Part shown: positions 49,323 through 58,701 of the stretch, piece after piece
Layout of the letters: every line of letters starts with the position of its first letter
Numbering within the stretch: the first letter of the stretch is position 1
Assembly (NCBI GenBank): GCA_015660995.1
Contig: JACTUC010000008.1
Span: 10,645 to 74,644 of the forward strand
Origin: Candidatus Methanomethylicaceae archaeon
Lineage (GTDB): Archaea > Thermoproteota > Methanomethylicia > Methanomethylicales > Methanomethylicaceae
Length of the DNA stretch: 64,000 nucleotides
Direction: 5' to 3'
The notes under the pieces: model-generated
Told to the model about the DNA's origin: nothing
Seen by the model: only the letters and a program-made list of their open reading frames with translations
Databases searched by the model: none
Position numbers and translations under genes: made by a program

Positions 49323-52300
49323 TTGCAACTGGTGTCTCGTTCCAAATTTGACTCATTCAACTCATTCATCAGACGCTTCCATCGGCAGATAATAATTGTC
49401 TGGGTCGTGGCGCTTGTGTTCTCGGCTGCGGTGATACCTAGCTTCTTCTCTGGCGTCTCCTATAACATCACTACCCTGGCCAGCTCAGGAGCCCCCCAGA
49501 ACACAGAGTCTCAGATCGCCCAGAACATATTGGACGCACAGTTTCCCTCCTCTAACGGTAGCGGAGACAATAGCATCATACTGGTTATCCAGAACCCGAC
49601 CCCCGGCCTATACTCGGATGCCGTGAAGAACGCTGTCCTCCAGCTCGAACGCACCGTAGGATCCGATCCCAGCCAGGTCAACTATACAGGTGCATCGAGC
49701 ATCTATTCGACCGAGAGCGATCTTCTGAACTCCTCGCTGCCTGGTTTCATCCAGGGCGTGGCGTCCATGGACTCCAACATCACCGCGGTCAACCAGGCCG
49801 TCTTCTCCTTGGAGCAGAACCTTTCGGCCCTCAGCTCCGGCCTCTTCCAGCTGGCGCAGGGGATAAGCCAGACATCTCAGCTGGTCTACGGCATACCCAC
49901 TGCCTTCGTTGGGATCTGGGGTGGAATAGTAGGCGCTGGAGAGACGAACATGACCATCGCCAACCAGGAGGCCAACGCGACCATCTTCGCCCAGACGGGC
50001 AACTTCGGTGGCGACCAGCAGTCAGTGGGATACTATACCGCCTTCTTCGCCTATTGGAGCGCGAGCTTCCAGACAGCCCCCACCCTCACGCCGCTCCAGA
50101 GGGAGGCAGCTGCCATCAGCGGAGCAGTCACCCAGCTAACCTCCAGCCCCTACCTGGACAATGCAACAAAGGTCCTGATCCTAAGCGTGGCCAACGGGCT
50201 CAACGTAACCAGCTGGAACCAGGCCAGCGCCCTAGGTAACCTTACGGTAGAAACATTCGCATCTCAGGTGCCGAGCAGCCTAACCTCGTCCCTTGGCGTT
50301 ACGCCCAGCGACCTCGTGGCCAGCCTCTACAGCCTAGGTCCTTCTCCGTCAGTCGCGGCCCTCACCAACCTTACCATCCCCCTCATCGCGAACGCCTTCG
50401 GCGGCTCCTCCGCGCCCATAGCTGGTTTCTCGATCACTGACTTGGTCGCAGCCTCCTCCTCCCTTGGGCCTTCGCCCAGCCAGAGCGCTGTTTGGAACCT
50501 GGCGGCAGAGTTCTTCTCAAATACGACGGCGAGCGCCCTTGAGGCATCGCCCCTCTTTACGGTCAATGCGACCTCCCTCAGTGGCCTCCTCTCGGGCCTC
50601 AGTCCCTCCAGCTCTGCTGCCCAGCTAGCGAGCGCAATAGACGCCGTAGTATATAATGAGAGCTTCTCCAACTATCCCCTTGTACTCTCAAGGTCCCTGA
50701 CTCAGAACTTCGTGGGGACAGAGAATGACACCATGATTGTCGTGTTTAGTTACTCTTCAACTCTTAGTCCCGACACCCTCGCAGGGTTCCAGCAGGACGT
50801 GAAGAGCTCAGACCTCTCATCAATGGCGACGACCTACGTCACCGGCGGGGCTGTGATCAGCCATGATTTTGAAGACGCCTTCAGCCCCGTCATTGGAGCG
50901 ATCTCGAGCGTCGGAATCGTTGCCTCCATAATTATCGCCATAATCCTCTTCGGGGCACCCCTTGCGGCCATCCTTCCGCTGCTTCTCGGGGGCATCTCCA
51001 TAGTTATCGGCTACGCAGCCATCTACCTTGGCGTGGTGGTAGCCGGAAGCGGCAAGATAACCTTCCTCACACCTACACTGGCTACGCTCATCATGCTGGG
51101 CCTAGCCGTTGACTACTCTGTCCTTCAGCTCCGAAGGATGAAGGAGGAGAGGGCCAAGGGAAAGTCAAAGGAGGAGAGCGTGGCCACATCGGTCAGATGG
51201 TCCGGCCAGGCCGTGCTTACTGCAGGGATTACCGTCGTCGTAGCCTACGTCATCCTGGCGGTGGTGAACGTGCCCATATTCAACGACGTCGGCGTAGCCA
51301 TAGCCCTGGGGGTCTCCATCCTTCTTCTGGCGTCGGTGACGCTGCTTCCGTCCCTTGAGCTGCTACTTGGGGACCGCCTCTTCTGGCCTCGCCTAAAGGT
51401 TAACAGTCACGAATCAAAGCCTGGCCGCCTAGCAAGGGTATCCGATGCTACCCTCAAGAGAAAGGTGGCAGTCACGGTGGTGATATCGCTCTTCGCTGTC
51501 TGCGCGGTCGCAGCTGTGGCCAGCACCCCCACGGGGCTCGACATTCTGAAGCTCATCCCGAACACCCAGAGCAACCAGGGCCTGACGGTCATGACGAACA
51601 GCCTGGGCGGTGGAACCATCTCCCCCACATCGATTCTGGTCACAATGCCCTCCGCCATAGTCTACGGAGACAACCAGTTTAACCAGACGCTACTGAACCA
51701 GATCGAGCTCATATCGTCCAAGGTAGCTGGCTCCTCAGGCGTGGTTAGCGTAACGGGCCCCACCAGGCCCTATGGATCTTCATTCAATTTCTCGTCCATA
51801 GGGGAGATGCCTGAGCCCATCCTCTCCCAGTACCTAGACGGCATGCTCTCCTACATAGGAAAGGACAACACCACAGCGCTCATATCCGTCGGATTCAATT
51901 CTCCCATGATGAGCGCCCAGTCCGTCGCTTCACTGGATAAATTAGAGTCCCAAGTGAAGTCCACATCCCTCATTAATGGGGTCGTTGTGCATTATGGCGG
52001 AGAGGCTTCCCAGACGAAGGATAATGAGCAGTTCATAAATGGGCTGATACCGGAGATCTTGATCATCCTCTCCATAGCGGTCTACCTGATCCTGTTCTTC
52101 CAACTAAGGTCCGCCTTTACGCCCCTCAGGCTTATCTTCACCATCCTCTGCAGCGCGGCCTTCTCTCTGGCCCTGCTTGACTTCACCTTTACTTACATAC
52201 TGAAGCTGCCCGTGCTCAACTTCGTGGCACTCTTCGTGATAGTGACCATGCTGGGCGTCGGCATTGACTACGACATCTTCTATGTTACGAGAATACGAGA

Positions 52301-52595
52301 GGAGATCCTGAACGGGAAGACCGACGACGAAGCGATCAAGACTGCCACAACCAAAGTCTGGGTAACCATCTTCGGCCTAGGACTTATACTTGCGAGCATC
52401 TTCGCCTCCCTTCTGGTGACTGGAATCCCCGTGCTCGAGGAGATCGGCCTGGCGGTTGGGGCGGCCGTGCTGATCGACGTCTCGGTGGTCATCCTCTTCT
52501 TCGTGCCGTCCTTGATGGCCCTGGCCGAGAGGTTCAACTGGTGGCCATCCAAGATCGGAAGAAGCTCTGACAAGACGACTCCATCGAAAAGCTAA
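49323..52595 (+). CDS. MMPL/RND family transporter
   Basis: GLAVDYS and GVGIDYDIF..RIREE; two TM blocks. Confidence 0.88.
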   Translation: MQLVSRSKFDSFNSFIRRFHRQIIIVWVVALVFSAAVIPSFFSGVSYNITTLASSGAPQNTESQIAQNILDAQFPSSNGSGDNSIILVIQNPTPGLYSDAVKNAVLQLERTVGSDPSQVNYTGASSIYSTESDLLNSSLPGFIQGVASMDSNITAVNQAVFSLEQNLSALSSGLFQLAQGISQTSQLVYGIPTAFVGIWGGIVGAGETNMTIANQEANATIFAQTGNFGGDQQSVGYYTAFFAYWSASFQTAPTLTPLQREAAAISGAVTQLTSSPYLDNATKVLILSVANGLNVTSWNQASALGNLTVETFASQVPSSLTSSLGVTPSDLVASLYSLGPSPSVAALTNLTIPLIANAFGGSSAPIAGFSITDLVAASSSLGPSPSQSAVWNLAAEFFSNTTASALEASPLFTVNATSLSGLLSGLSPSSSAAQLASAIDAVVYNESFSNYPLVLSRSLTQNFVGTENDTMIVVFSYSSTLSPDTLAGFQQDVKSSDLSSMATTYVTGGAVISHDFEDAFSPVIGAISSVGIVASIIIAIILFGAPLAAILPLLLGGISIVIGYAAIYLGVVVAGSGKITFLTPTLATLIMLGLAVDYSVLQLRRMKEERAKGKSKEESVATSVRWSGQAVLTAGITVVVAYVILAVVNVPIFNDVGVAIALGVSILLLASVTLLPSLELLLGDRLFWPRLKVNSHESKPGRLARVSDATLKRKVAVTVVISLFAVCAVAAVASTPTGLDILKLIPNTQSNQGLTVMTNSLGGGTISPTSILVTMPSAIVYGDNQFNQTLLNQIELISSKVAGSSGVVSVTGPTRPYGSSFNFSSIGEMPEPILSQYLDGMLSYIGKDNTTALISVGFNSPMMSAQSVASLDKLESQVKSTSLINGVVVHYGGEASQTKDNEQFINGLIPEILIILSIAVYLILFFQLRSAFTPLRLIFTILCSAAFSLALLDFTFTYILKLPVLNFVALFVIVTMLGVGIDYDIFYVTRIREEILNGKTDDEAIKTATTKVWVTIFGLGLILASIFASLLVTGIPVLEEIGLAVGAAVLIDVSVVILFFVPSLMALAERFNWWPSKIGRSSDKTTPSKS

Positions 52596-52739
52596 GCAGG
52601 CACATGTTTGCCCAGGAGAGAAAGAGAAAGAGTAGGACTCAACAACTCGCTTCTTCTTACTCTCTCCTACTAAGTGCGCACACAACGCACGCGCGAATTT
52701 ATATACAATGAAGCTTTACTAATGATGGAGTTCTTTGAA

Positions 52740-52949
52740 ATGGCAGAAAAAGGAAAAACTACTGACAACCGCAGCATGCATGTAACCATTCTGGGCGTAC
52801 TAGGAATACTCTTCGCGATCATTGGAGCAGCAATAATTGCTATTCCTGGTATGCCTGGGCGAGGCTCAGGTATAGGCACTGGCTTAGTTGTGATAGGTGT
52901 CGTGCTGCTGGTCATTGCTTTCTTAAGGCTTTACTACAAGCGCCCATAA
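52740..52949 (+). CDS. Small two-TM protein
   Basis: TATA near 52698; hydrophobic hairpin. Confidence 0.6.
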   Translation: MAEKGKTTDNRSMHVTILGVLGILFAIIGAAIIAIPGMPGRGSGIGTGLVVIGVVLLVIAFLRLYYKRP

Positions 52950-53065
52950 TGAGTCTTCTTTTATAGACTCATCCATTTTCTTCTTTTTTCCATATATTTT
53001 GTGTCGTGTGCACAGTTGACTGGCAAAGTGACAGAGTGACTGACTCCACACACGCGGGTTTATAT

Positions 53066-53090
53066 GATTAAATTAATCCCCCACGCACAC
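53066..53090. repeat. Boundary site S9 (core + right arm)
   Basis: gattaaattaa-tcccccacgcacac. Confidence 0.7.
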
Positions 53091-53146
53091 AAAAACCGAA
53101 CCACATCGGCCCCACTATTTTCCAAGTAATAATCCGGCCCAATGAC

Positions 53147-54829
53147 TCAAGGATTATCAGCATCAGCTGACGAGTACTTTTCAAGTGTATGTCTAACAAT
53201 ATGAATCATCTTCGAAGTTAGGAATGGTAAGAATGGTATCAGATATCTAATGTTCTTCGCTTTTGCAACAACTTCGCCACTATTCTCACTACGATAGCCG
53301 GTGAGGAAGGCTTCAGCGACAAGCTTTATGCCTTCCTCCCTCGTTTTGTTATCCTTCTTCTCTCCTTTCTTCTCCAGGCGCGTTGCAGAAAAATAGAGAA
53401 ATTCGGCGAGGTCCCAAGCCCTATCGCCGTTCTCCACAGCCTGCTCAAGGTCTAGAAGATCTATTCCATCCTTACCCACGAGCGCGTTCCCTGGCTTCGT
53501 ATCTCCGTACACCAAGCCAGCCTTGTGCAGTTTACCCAATATCTTGCCATATTTTGCGATGTTGCTCGTGTCTGTACTTTTCCCACTGATTATCTCCTCG
53601 ACGAATTTTGAGAGCGGGGTGCCATTGACATACTCTGTTACCAGGGTCCTTTCGTCTAGAACAATGCCGATTATATCGTGAGTTTTGATTCCGAGTTCAT
53701 TCAGCCGTCTGACACCTTCGACCTCTCTGTTCAGTCTTGAGAGAGGGCTCTGGTTGAATCTCTTGGCGACGAGTGACCAAAGATTGAGAAATGCCCACTT
53801 TATTGACTTCAGTTCGGGGAAGTGCTTGAGGACATACTTGACTCGTCTTTCATCGTCCCAGATTTCCAGCTGTTGAGTAGAGTTGATGAAATCTCCCTTT
53901 TTCTTCTGTTCGTATTCGTAAGTTTCGCCGAAGCCTCCTATTTGCGCAAGCTCTTCGATCATCTTGGTTGCATCGTCAAAGATTACCCCTTCCTCAAGTC
54001 GAAGAAGTTTGTTCGGCCGATCGAGCTCGACCATGGATTCAACCTTCCCCATCATTTTCAGCTTGGCGAGAGGCCTAGTCTTGAACCCATATCCCAACCT
54101 ATTAGCAAACCCGTGAACCACGTATCGAATGGCGCCCCTGCTCTCCAACGGAAACATTTTGTGAAGCTCAGTGAGTGCATAAATACGCTTCTTTCTCCCC
54201 CTGAAGATCCTAACAGAGTCACCGATACTCTCTATTATTCCGTTTGAAGCAAGCGATTCTGCCGCTTCTCGAAATCCTCGAAGCGTGAACTCTATGTTCT
54301 CTTTCCTCTGATCAGACGCGTAGGTGCGGGCGTAGCTGAACATCGCTTCTGGGTAGGCAAGAGCCCTCTTGTGCAGCTTATCAAAGAGAAAGTATTCGTG
54401 AGGAATGATCAAGTTTGAAGAAAAGTCGCCGTAGTCTGACTGGATCTCAATCAACTTTTCTGCTATGATTCTCTTCTTGTATTCAACCTCGACGCTCCCC
54501 AGGAACTCCGCGTTAACAATGGGTTCATAGATGTTCAGTAACCTGCCTATTACGAACTCTCCAACCGAAGGTTGCTTTGCGTCCTTCATTAGGGCCGTCT
54601 CTTCTATGATGAGTGGTGGTGACTTGGTAGGCTCTTGTTCATGCCTCTCTGCTACACTCGCATTGACGTTCTTCGCGACTATTATCATGTCATAGTCAGA
54701 ATCTTTTCTTGCATACCCCGCAACTCTTGAGCCATAGGCGCAGAGGGAATAGATCTCCTCTTTCTTGACCAATAACTCGGCGAGAGCGAGAATCTTGGAT
54801 CTCTCCATGTCAGTAAGCTTGCTGTTCAA
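53147..54829 (-). CDS. Nucleotidyltransferase fused to kinase-like (Bud32/Kdo/RIO type) domain
   Basis: YGSRVAG...DSDYD; LHKAGLVYGDTKPGN, LLDLE, DLAEF. Confidence 0.78.
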   Translation of the reverse strand: MNSKLTDMERSKILALAELLVKKEEIYSLCAYGSRVAGYARKDSDYDMIIVAKNVNASVAERHEQEPTKSPPLIIEETALMKDAKQPSVGEFVIGRLLNIYEPIVNAEFLGSVEVEYKKRIIAEKLIEIQSDYGDFSSNLIIPHEYFLFDKLHKRALAYPEAMFSYARTYASDQRKENIEFTLRGFREAAESLASNGIIESIGDSVRIFRGRKKRIYALTELHKMFPLESRGAIRYVVHGFANRLGYGFKTRPLAKLKMMGKVESMVELDRPNKLLRLEEGVIFDDATKMIEELAQIGGFGETYEYEQKKKGDFINSTQQLEIWDDERRVKYVLKHFPELKSIKWAFLNLWSLVAKRFNQSPLSRLNREVEGVRRLNELGIKTHDIIGIVLDERTLVTEYVNGTPLSKFVEEIISGKSTDTSNIAKYGKILGKLHKAGLVYGDTKPGNALVGKDGIDLLDLEQAVENGDRAWDLAEFLYFSATRLEKKGEKKDNKTREEGIKLVAEAFLTGYRSENSGEVVAKAKNIRYLIPFLPFLTSKMIHIVRHTLEKYSSADADNP

Positions 54830-54911
54830 ATCTTCATCTCCTCTGGCCGGTCTGGTTCAAGTATTCGTTTCACCCTAATCTTAGTCTTCCGTATGCTATC
54901 CTTCGTGCTCA

Positions 54912-54934
54912 TTAAATTTTAGCCCCAAACCCAC
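54912..54934. repeat. Boundary site S10 (core + right arm)
   Basis: ttaaattttag-ccccaaacccac. Confidence 0.72.
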
Positions 54935-55097
54935 TAACTACTATTCTACTGGTAAGATAGGGAAATGAAACTCCATCAGCTTCAAGAGAGCCACCATCAA
55001 TAGAACGCTCTTAGTTGAACTAAGAGAACTCTGCTTGTCATCAAAAAGAGAGATGGGAAATGCAGAGTTATTAACAACTTGAAGTCTATTTATTGCC

Positions 55098-55505
55098 ATG
55101 AAGAAAAACATCTACATTGTTGCGGGTGTTGCTGTCATCGTTATAGTAGCAGCCATTGTGTTTTTTGGATCCCCTCTATTGATGCCAGGCCAACGAGTGA
55201 TAATCACAAATTTTGAGCTAAACACAAACAATCCCTACGACGTTTATTCCTCCGCCTCAAACCCTTTACCAACAATATATACTAATGATGTTTTCAATTA
55301 TACATTTAGTTTATGGGGGGGAAGGGAATTTACAATTAATAGCATCTCCTTAACGCAAGGATTCTCTTTAGTTTCTTCTAACACTTCGTTACCAGCTTCA
55401 GAGCCAAACATAGGTCAAGCAATATCTCTTCAGCTCAGGATCAAAGCTCCGAGCCAAGCTTTCAATGGAACACTCGTGATTACGGTTGACACAACAATTC
55501 ATTAA
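55098..55505 (+). CDS. Membrane-anchored Ig-like protein
   Basis: N-terminal TM; similar to the 12615 protein. Confidence 0.7.
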   Translation: MKKNIYIVAGVAVIVIVAAIVFFGSPLLMPGQRVIITNFELNTNNPYDVYSSASNPLPTIYTNDVFNYTFSLWGGREFTINSISLTQGFSLVSSNTSLPASEPNIGQAISLQLRIKAPSQAFNGTLVITVDTTIH

Positions 55506-55528
55506 TCTTTAACCCCCCAAACCCAAAC
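55502..55528. repeat. Boundary site S11 (core + right arm)
   Basis: ttaatctttaa-ccccccaaacccaaac. Confidence 0.72.
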
Positions 55529-55532
55529 GGCT

Positions 55533-56273
55533 TCATTTAGGAAGGCGGAAGATGTAGACCCCCCAGCCCAAGACACCCCTCTCCCACCGAAGATAGTATT
55601 CCTTCTCCCTCCCCTTCCTCTCCATCAGCTCTGCAAGGTCGGGATCGTCAGGTTTTGCTTTGGAGTATTCGTTCACGGCATTCCACTGGAGCGTCTCGTA
55701 ATTGTCCCAGTCGTCGAGGCTGCTCTCCATGGCATAGACACAGTTGAGACTATGCTCCTCCCCGATAGCGATATTCCCGCCAAATCCACTGGCGTAGTCT
55801 TCCTTTTTTTGTGAGGTCAGTCTGAGATACTCCGGATCGGGCTCTTTCGACCAAAATGGTTCGCCTGTCACTATGAGTCCCCAAGGGACGACCATGCTCA
55901 GCAGTGCCTTCAGCGTTCTTGCATAGCCTCCGTAGATAAAACTGGCGCCAAGGCATATTGCGATGTCGAACGGAGCTTCAGGCTTATATTGAGAGCCATC
56001 CATGAGGAGGAACTTTAGGCCCGACCCAGGTACCCTCTTTCTCTGCTTTTCAAGACATTCTTCGATGGAGTAGGGGGATATGTCCACGCCCATGCCAGCA
56101 ATATTATAAAGCTCTTCTAGCCTGATGAGAGTCTCACCCTTGCCGCATCCCATATCCAGTACCCTCCCCCCTGGGCTTAGCAGTCTGCACATCCGATCAA
56201 ACTTTTCTCGGAGAAGTGGATTGCATATCAAATGGTGTCGATGCGTGATGTCATAATATTTCCAGGTGTCCAT
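55533..56273 (-). CDS. Class I SAM methyltransferase
   Basis: VLDMGCGKG, GVDIS, CLGAS, GEPFW. Confidence 0.85.
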   Translation of the reverse strand: MDTWKYYDITHRHHLICNPLLREKFDRMCRLLSPGGRVLDMGCGKGETLIRLEELYNIAGMGVDISPYSIEECLEKQRKRVPGSGLKFLLMDGSQYKPEAPFDIAICLGASFIYGGYARTLKALLSMVVPWGLIVTGEPFWSKEPDPEYLRLTSQKKEDYASGFGGNIAIGEEHSLNCVYAMESSLDDWDNYETLQWNAVNEYSKAKPDDPDLAELMERKGREKEYYLRWERGVLGWGVYIFRLPK

Positions 56274-56354
56274 GATGAAAACTCGGATACAATCTGTATT
56301 AAAGTCTACTTTCTTATCATTGAGTTGGATATGGAAAATAGAAAGTAAGTTATT

Positions 56355-56388
56355 GTGTGTGTGGGGTAAATTTTAATCCCCCACACAC
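56355..56388. repeat. Boundary palindrome S12 (full)
   Basis: gtgtgtgtggg-gtaaattttaa-tcccccacacac. Confidence 0.85.
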
Positions 56389-56402
56389 GCTGTTCGATCT
56401 AG

Positions 56403-56855
56403 CTATCGTAATCCTTTCTCCATAGTATTTACCAGAGAGTTTACTACCCGTTTTTGAACTACTCCCTTGGCTGCCTGTTTCGCAACTGATAACCTATCGT
56501 GGAGAATCGTGTGTTGCTTAATTTTGCCATCATCAATTTCATAGATACAGATCCCAAGCGTTTCATATTTCATGCCTTGATAGGAAACTGCCTCTAGCAT
56601 GTACTCGTAAACAGCCTTATTGCCATTTACCACAAGTCCTATTCCAGCATCCTTAAACTTTACCTGACGATTCATCTTGAAAGCCCAAGTCAAATAGCGC
56701 TTCACTTCCGCCTTGCCTTTGAACATTCCCTCGGGAACTTGCCAGACAGTGTCTTCTGTAAAAAAGGAAAGTGTGCCATCCACATCCAGCTTCATGTATG
56801 CATCATGAAAATTGCGTATAAGCGTCTCAACATTCTTCTCAGACGTATCACTCAC
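56403..56855 (-). CDS. SnoaL/NTF2-like protein
   Basis: FFTEDTVW, GKAEV, DGKI. Confidence 0.8.
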   Translation of the reverse strand: MSDTSEKNVETLIRNFHDAYMKLDVDGTLSFFTEDTVWQVPEGMFKGKAEVKRYLTWAFKMNRQVKFKDAGIGLVVNGNKAVYEYMLEAVSYQGMKYETLGICIYEIDDGKIKQHTILHDRLSVAKQAAKGVVQKRVVNSLVNTMEKGLR

Positions 56856-57051
56856 CTCCTACTAACGACCATCTTCCGCGGCTTCCTCCCTCCCATAATC
56901 CGAAATGCAATCTATCACGAGGGGCGCCCTTCATTTTTTCACTCACTACATTCTATTATGGGAAGTGTGATATACGCTACACGTAACACCAGCCAAGAGA
57001 GAAATGGTTACTCACTAGTAACCATAGTTAGTAGTTAGTCGTCAGTCAGTA

Positions 57052-57086
57052 GTGTGTGTGGTAAAAATTTAACCCCCCACACACAC
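57052..57086. repeat. Boundary palindrome S13 (full)
   Basis: gtgtgtgtgg-taaaaatttaa-ccccccacacacac. Confidence 0.85.
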
Positions 57087-57150
57087 TGGATAATAGAAAT
57101 TATGCAAAAACCCAGTGAGATTGAATTTCATTTTTTTTATAATTTCGCAT

Positions 57151-57179
57151 GTGTGTTTGGGTTTGGGATTAGATTATAT
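57151..57179. repeat. Boundary site S14 (left arm + core)
   Basis: gtgtgtttgggtttggga-ttagattatat. Confidence 0.7.
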
Positions 57180-57213
57180 ATGCTATGGAAACAAAGATGA
57201 AATCGGTGATTTC

Positions 57214-57630
57214 GTGCCTATACCTAAAGAAGTTCAGGATGTGTACAATGATCCTGCAGCCATAAAGGTGCTCGCCACAAGATCCGGAGACGACCTTCAT
57301 GTGATACCCTTGGGCTCACTCAGGGTAATGGATGCCAACACCATAGTCTGCGCCTCGATACACATGCGGGAGGCCCACGAGAACCTTCGTGTTGCAGCCG
57401 AGACTGGAGCGAAAATTTCCACCTTGGCAGTAAAGACTGGACCAGGAGGACCGCCGCAGGCGTATCAGGTAAGATGTCGCGTGAAGGCATTCGTGACCTC
57501 TGGTCCCCTCTTCGAAGTGATGAATGAGAACCTTAAAAAAAGAGGGATGGAAATGCGCGGCGTGTGGATCCTTGAGCCTTTGGAAGTCTTGGACCAGTTC
57601 GGACCGAACGCTGGCAAGAAGATTGCATAG
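57214..57630 (+). CDS. Pyridoxamine 5'-phosphate oxidase-like FMN-binding protein
   Basis: GGTGA RBS then GTG; KVLAT, ENL, AYQV, SGPLFE, GPNAGKKI. Confidence 0.75.
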   Translation: MPIPKEVQDVYNDPAAIKVLATRSGDDLHVIPLGSLRVMDANTIVCASIHMREAHENLRVAAETGAKISTLAVKTGPGGPPQAYQVRCRVKAFVTSGPLFEVMNENLKKRGMEMRGVWILEPLEVLDQFGPNAGKKIA

Positions 57631-57641
57631 TGCCGTTGCCA

Positions 57642-57665
57642 GGTGTTTGTGGGATTAAAATTTAA
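57642..57665. repeat. Boundary site S15 (left arm + core)
   Basis: ggtgtttgtggga-ttaaaatttaa. Confidence 0.8.
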
Positions 57666-57938
57666 CTTTTTTTTAATTCAACCGCATACATCTTTGGATA
57701 ATGATATAAGAATGGCTGATTGGAAACTACTATCCGAAAGGAAGAACATCATTCATGAGGAGGTATAGATACGAAATGGACAACTAGAATAGTAATCATA
57801 GTCGTACTAACAATAATAGTAATACTAATAGCAATGGGAATACATCAGGGATGGTTGTAAAGTTATAAATACAAATGCTAATGGAGATAGCATCTTTCTT
57901 CCTGCATTCTCTACAATGTAACATTCTATGCTTTCTAG

Positions 57939-57971
57939 GTGTGTGTGGGATTAAATTTTAATACCACAAAC
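57939..57971. repeat. Boundary palindrome S16 (full)
   Basis: gtgtgtgtggga-ttaaattttaa-taccacaaac, flanked on both sides by CTAG. Confidence 0.85.
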
Positions 57972-58019
57972 TCTAGGTGATGCGATAACGTTGAACCTTC
58001 GCAACAATCCTTGGCTGGC

Positions 58020-58295
58020 ATGACGAACATGTTGCAAGTTCCCCCTCTGCTGATTCTCCTCGCGATCGTTAATACTGTATCACTTGTGTTTTTCGGGGTG
58101 GACAAATGGAGGAGCATGACGGGAGGCTGGAGGGTTCCGGAATCGAGGCTTCTGCTGGTTGCATTCTTTGGACCGTTCGGGGCCTACGTTGGCATGTTAA
58201 TTTTTAGGCACAAGACCCGCAAGGTCAAGTTCCTTCTGGTCCCGATCTTCCTGGTTCTCCAGTTATTATTGATATTATACCTTCACCTCATCTGA
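58020..58295 (+). CDS. DUF1294 membrane protein
   Basis: GVDK, WRVPESRL, FRHKTRK. Confidence 0.85.
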   Translation: MTNMLQVPPLLILLAIVNTVSLVFFGVDKWRSMTGGWRVPESRLLLVAFFGPFGAYVGMLIFRHKTRKVKFLLVPIFLVLQLLLILYLHLI

Positions 58296-58488
58296 GGCGG
58301 TTCATGCATCACAGGCACACCTATGCGCGTAAATCACTTATGTTTCGCGAAGCAATAGAATCGCCAGTCTTTAGTCTCTCTCTCCCGAAACTGAACTTCT
58401 CTAACTAATGACCATCGCTTTCACATCAATTTGATGATCCCGGAGCGAAAATTAGGCGAAAGTGATAGTATTAGGATCGGGTGCGAGA

Positions 58489-58701
58489 ATGACCTTAGCT
58501 GAAGACCCTGTCCTTTCCAACGACGTTTTTTTTAACGGCGGCTACAAGTGCCTGAAATGCGGCAAGTGGTGCCGGTCCTGGCATGGATTCAGGATCCACT
58601 ACAGCAAGAGGCATATCGCGCACCCCATTAAACCCAAGCCAGAACCTAAGCCCCTGACCTTGTGGGATCTGAGGTACGGTGGGAAGAAGTGGAATCAGTG
58701 A
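58489..58701 (+). CDS. C2H2 zinc-finger small protein
   Basis: YKCLKCGKW...FRIHYSKRH. Confidence 0.6.
   Translation: MTLAEDPVLSNDVFFNGGYKCLKCGKWCRSWHGFRIHYSKRHIAHPIKPKPEPKPLTLWDLRYGGKKWNQ

Noticed and set aside
40251..57971. CRISPR array or classical integron
   Set aside because: Repeats are degenerate with gene-sized irregular spacing; no cas or intI gene, no attC consensus
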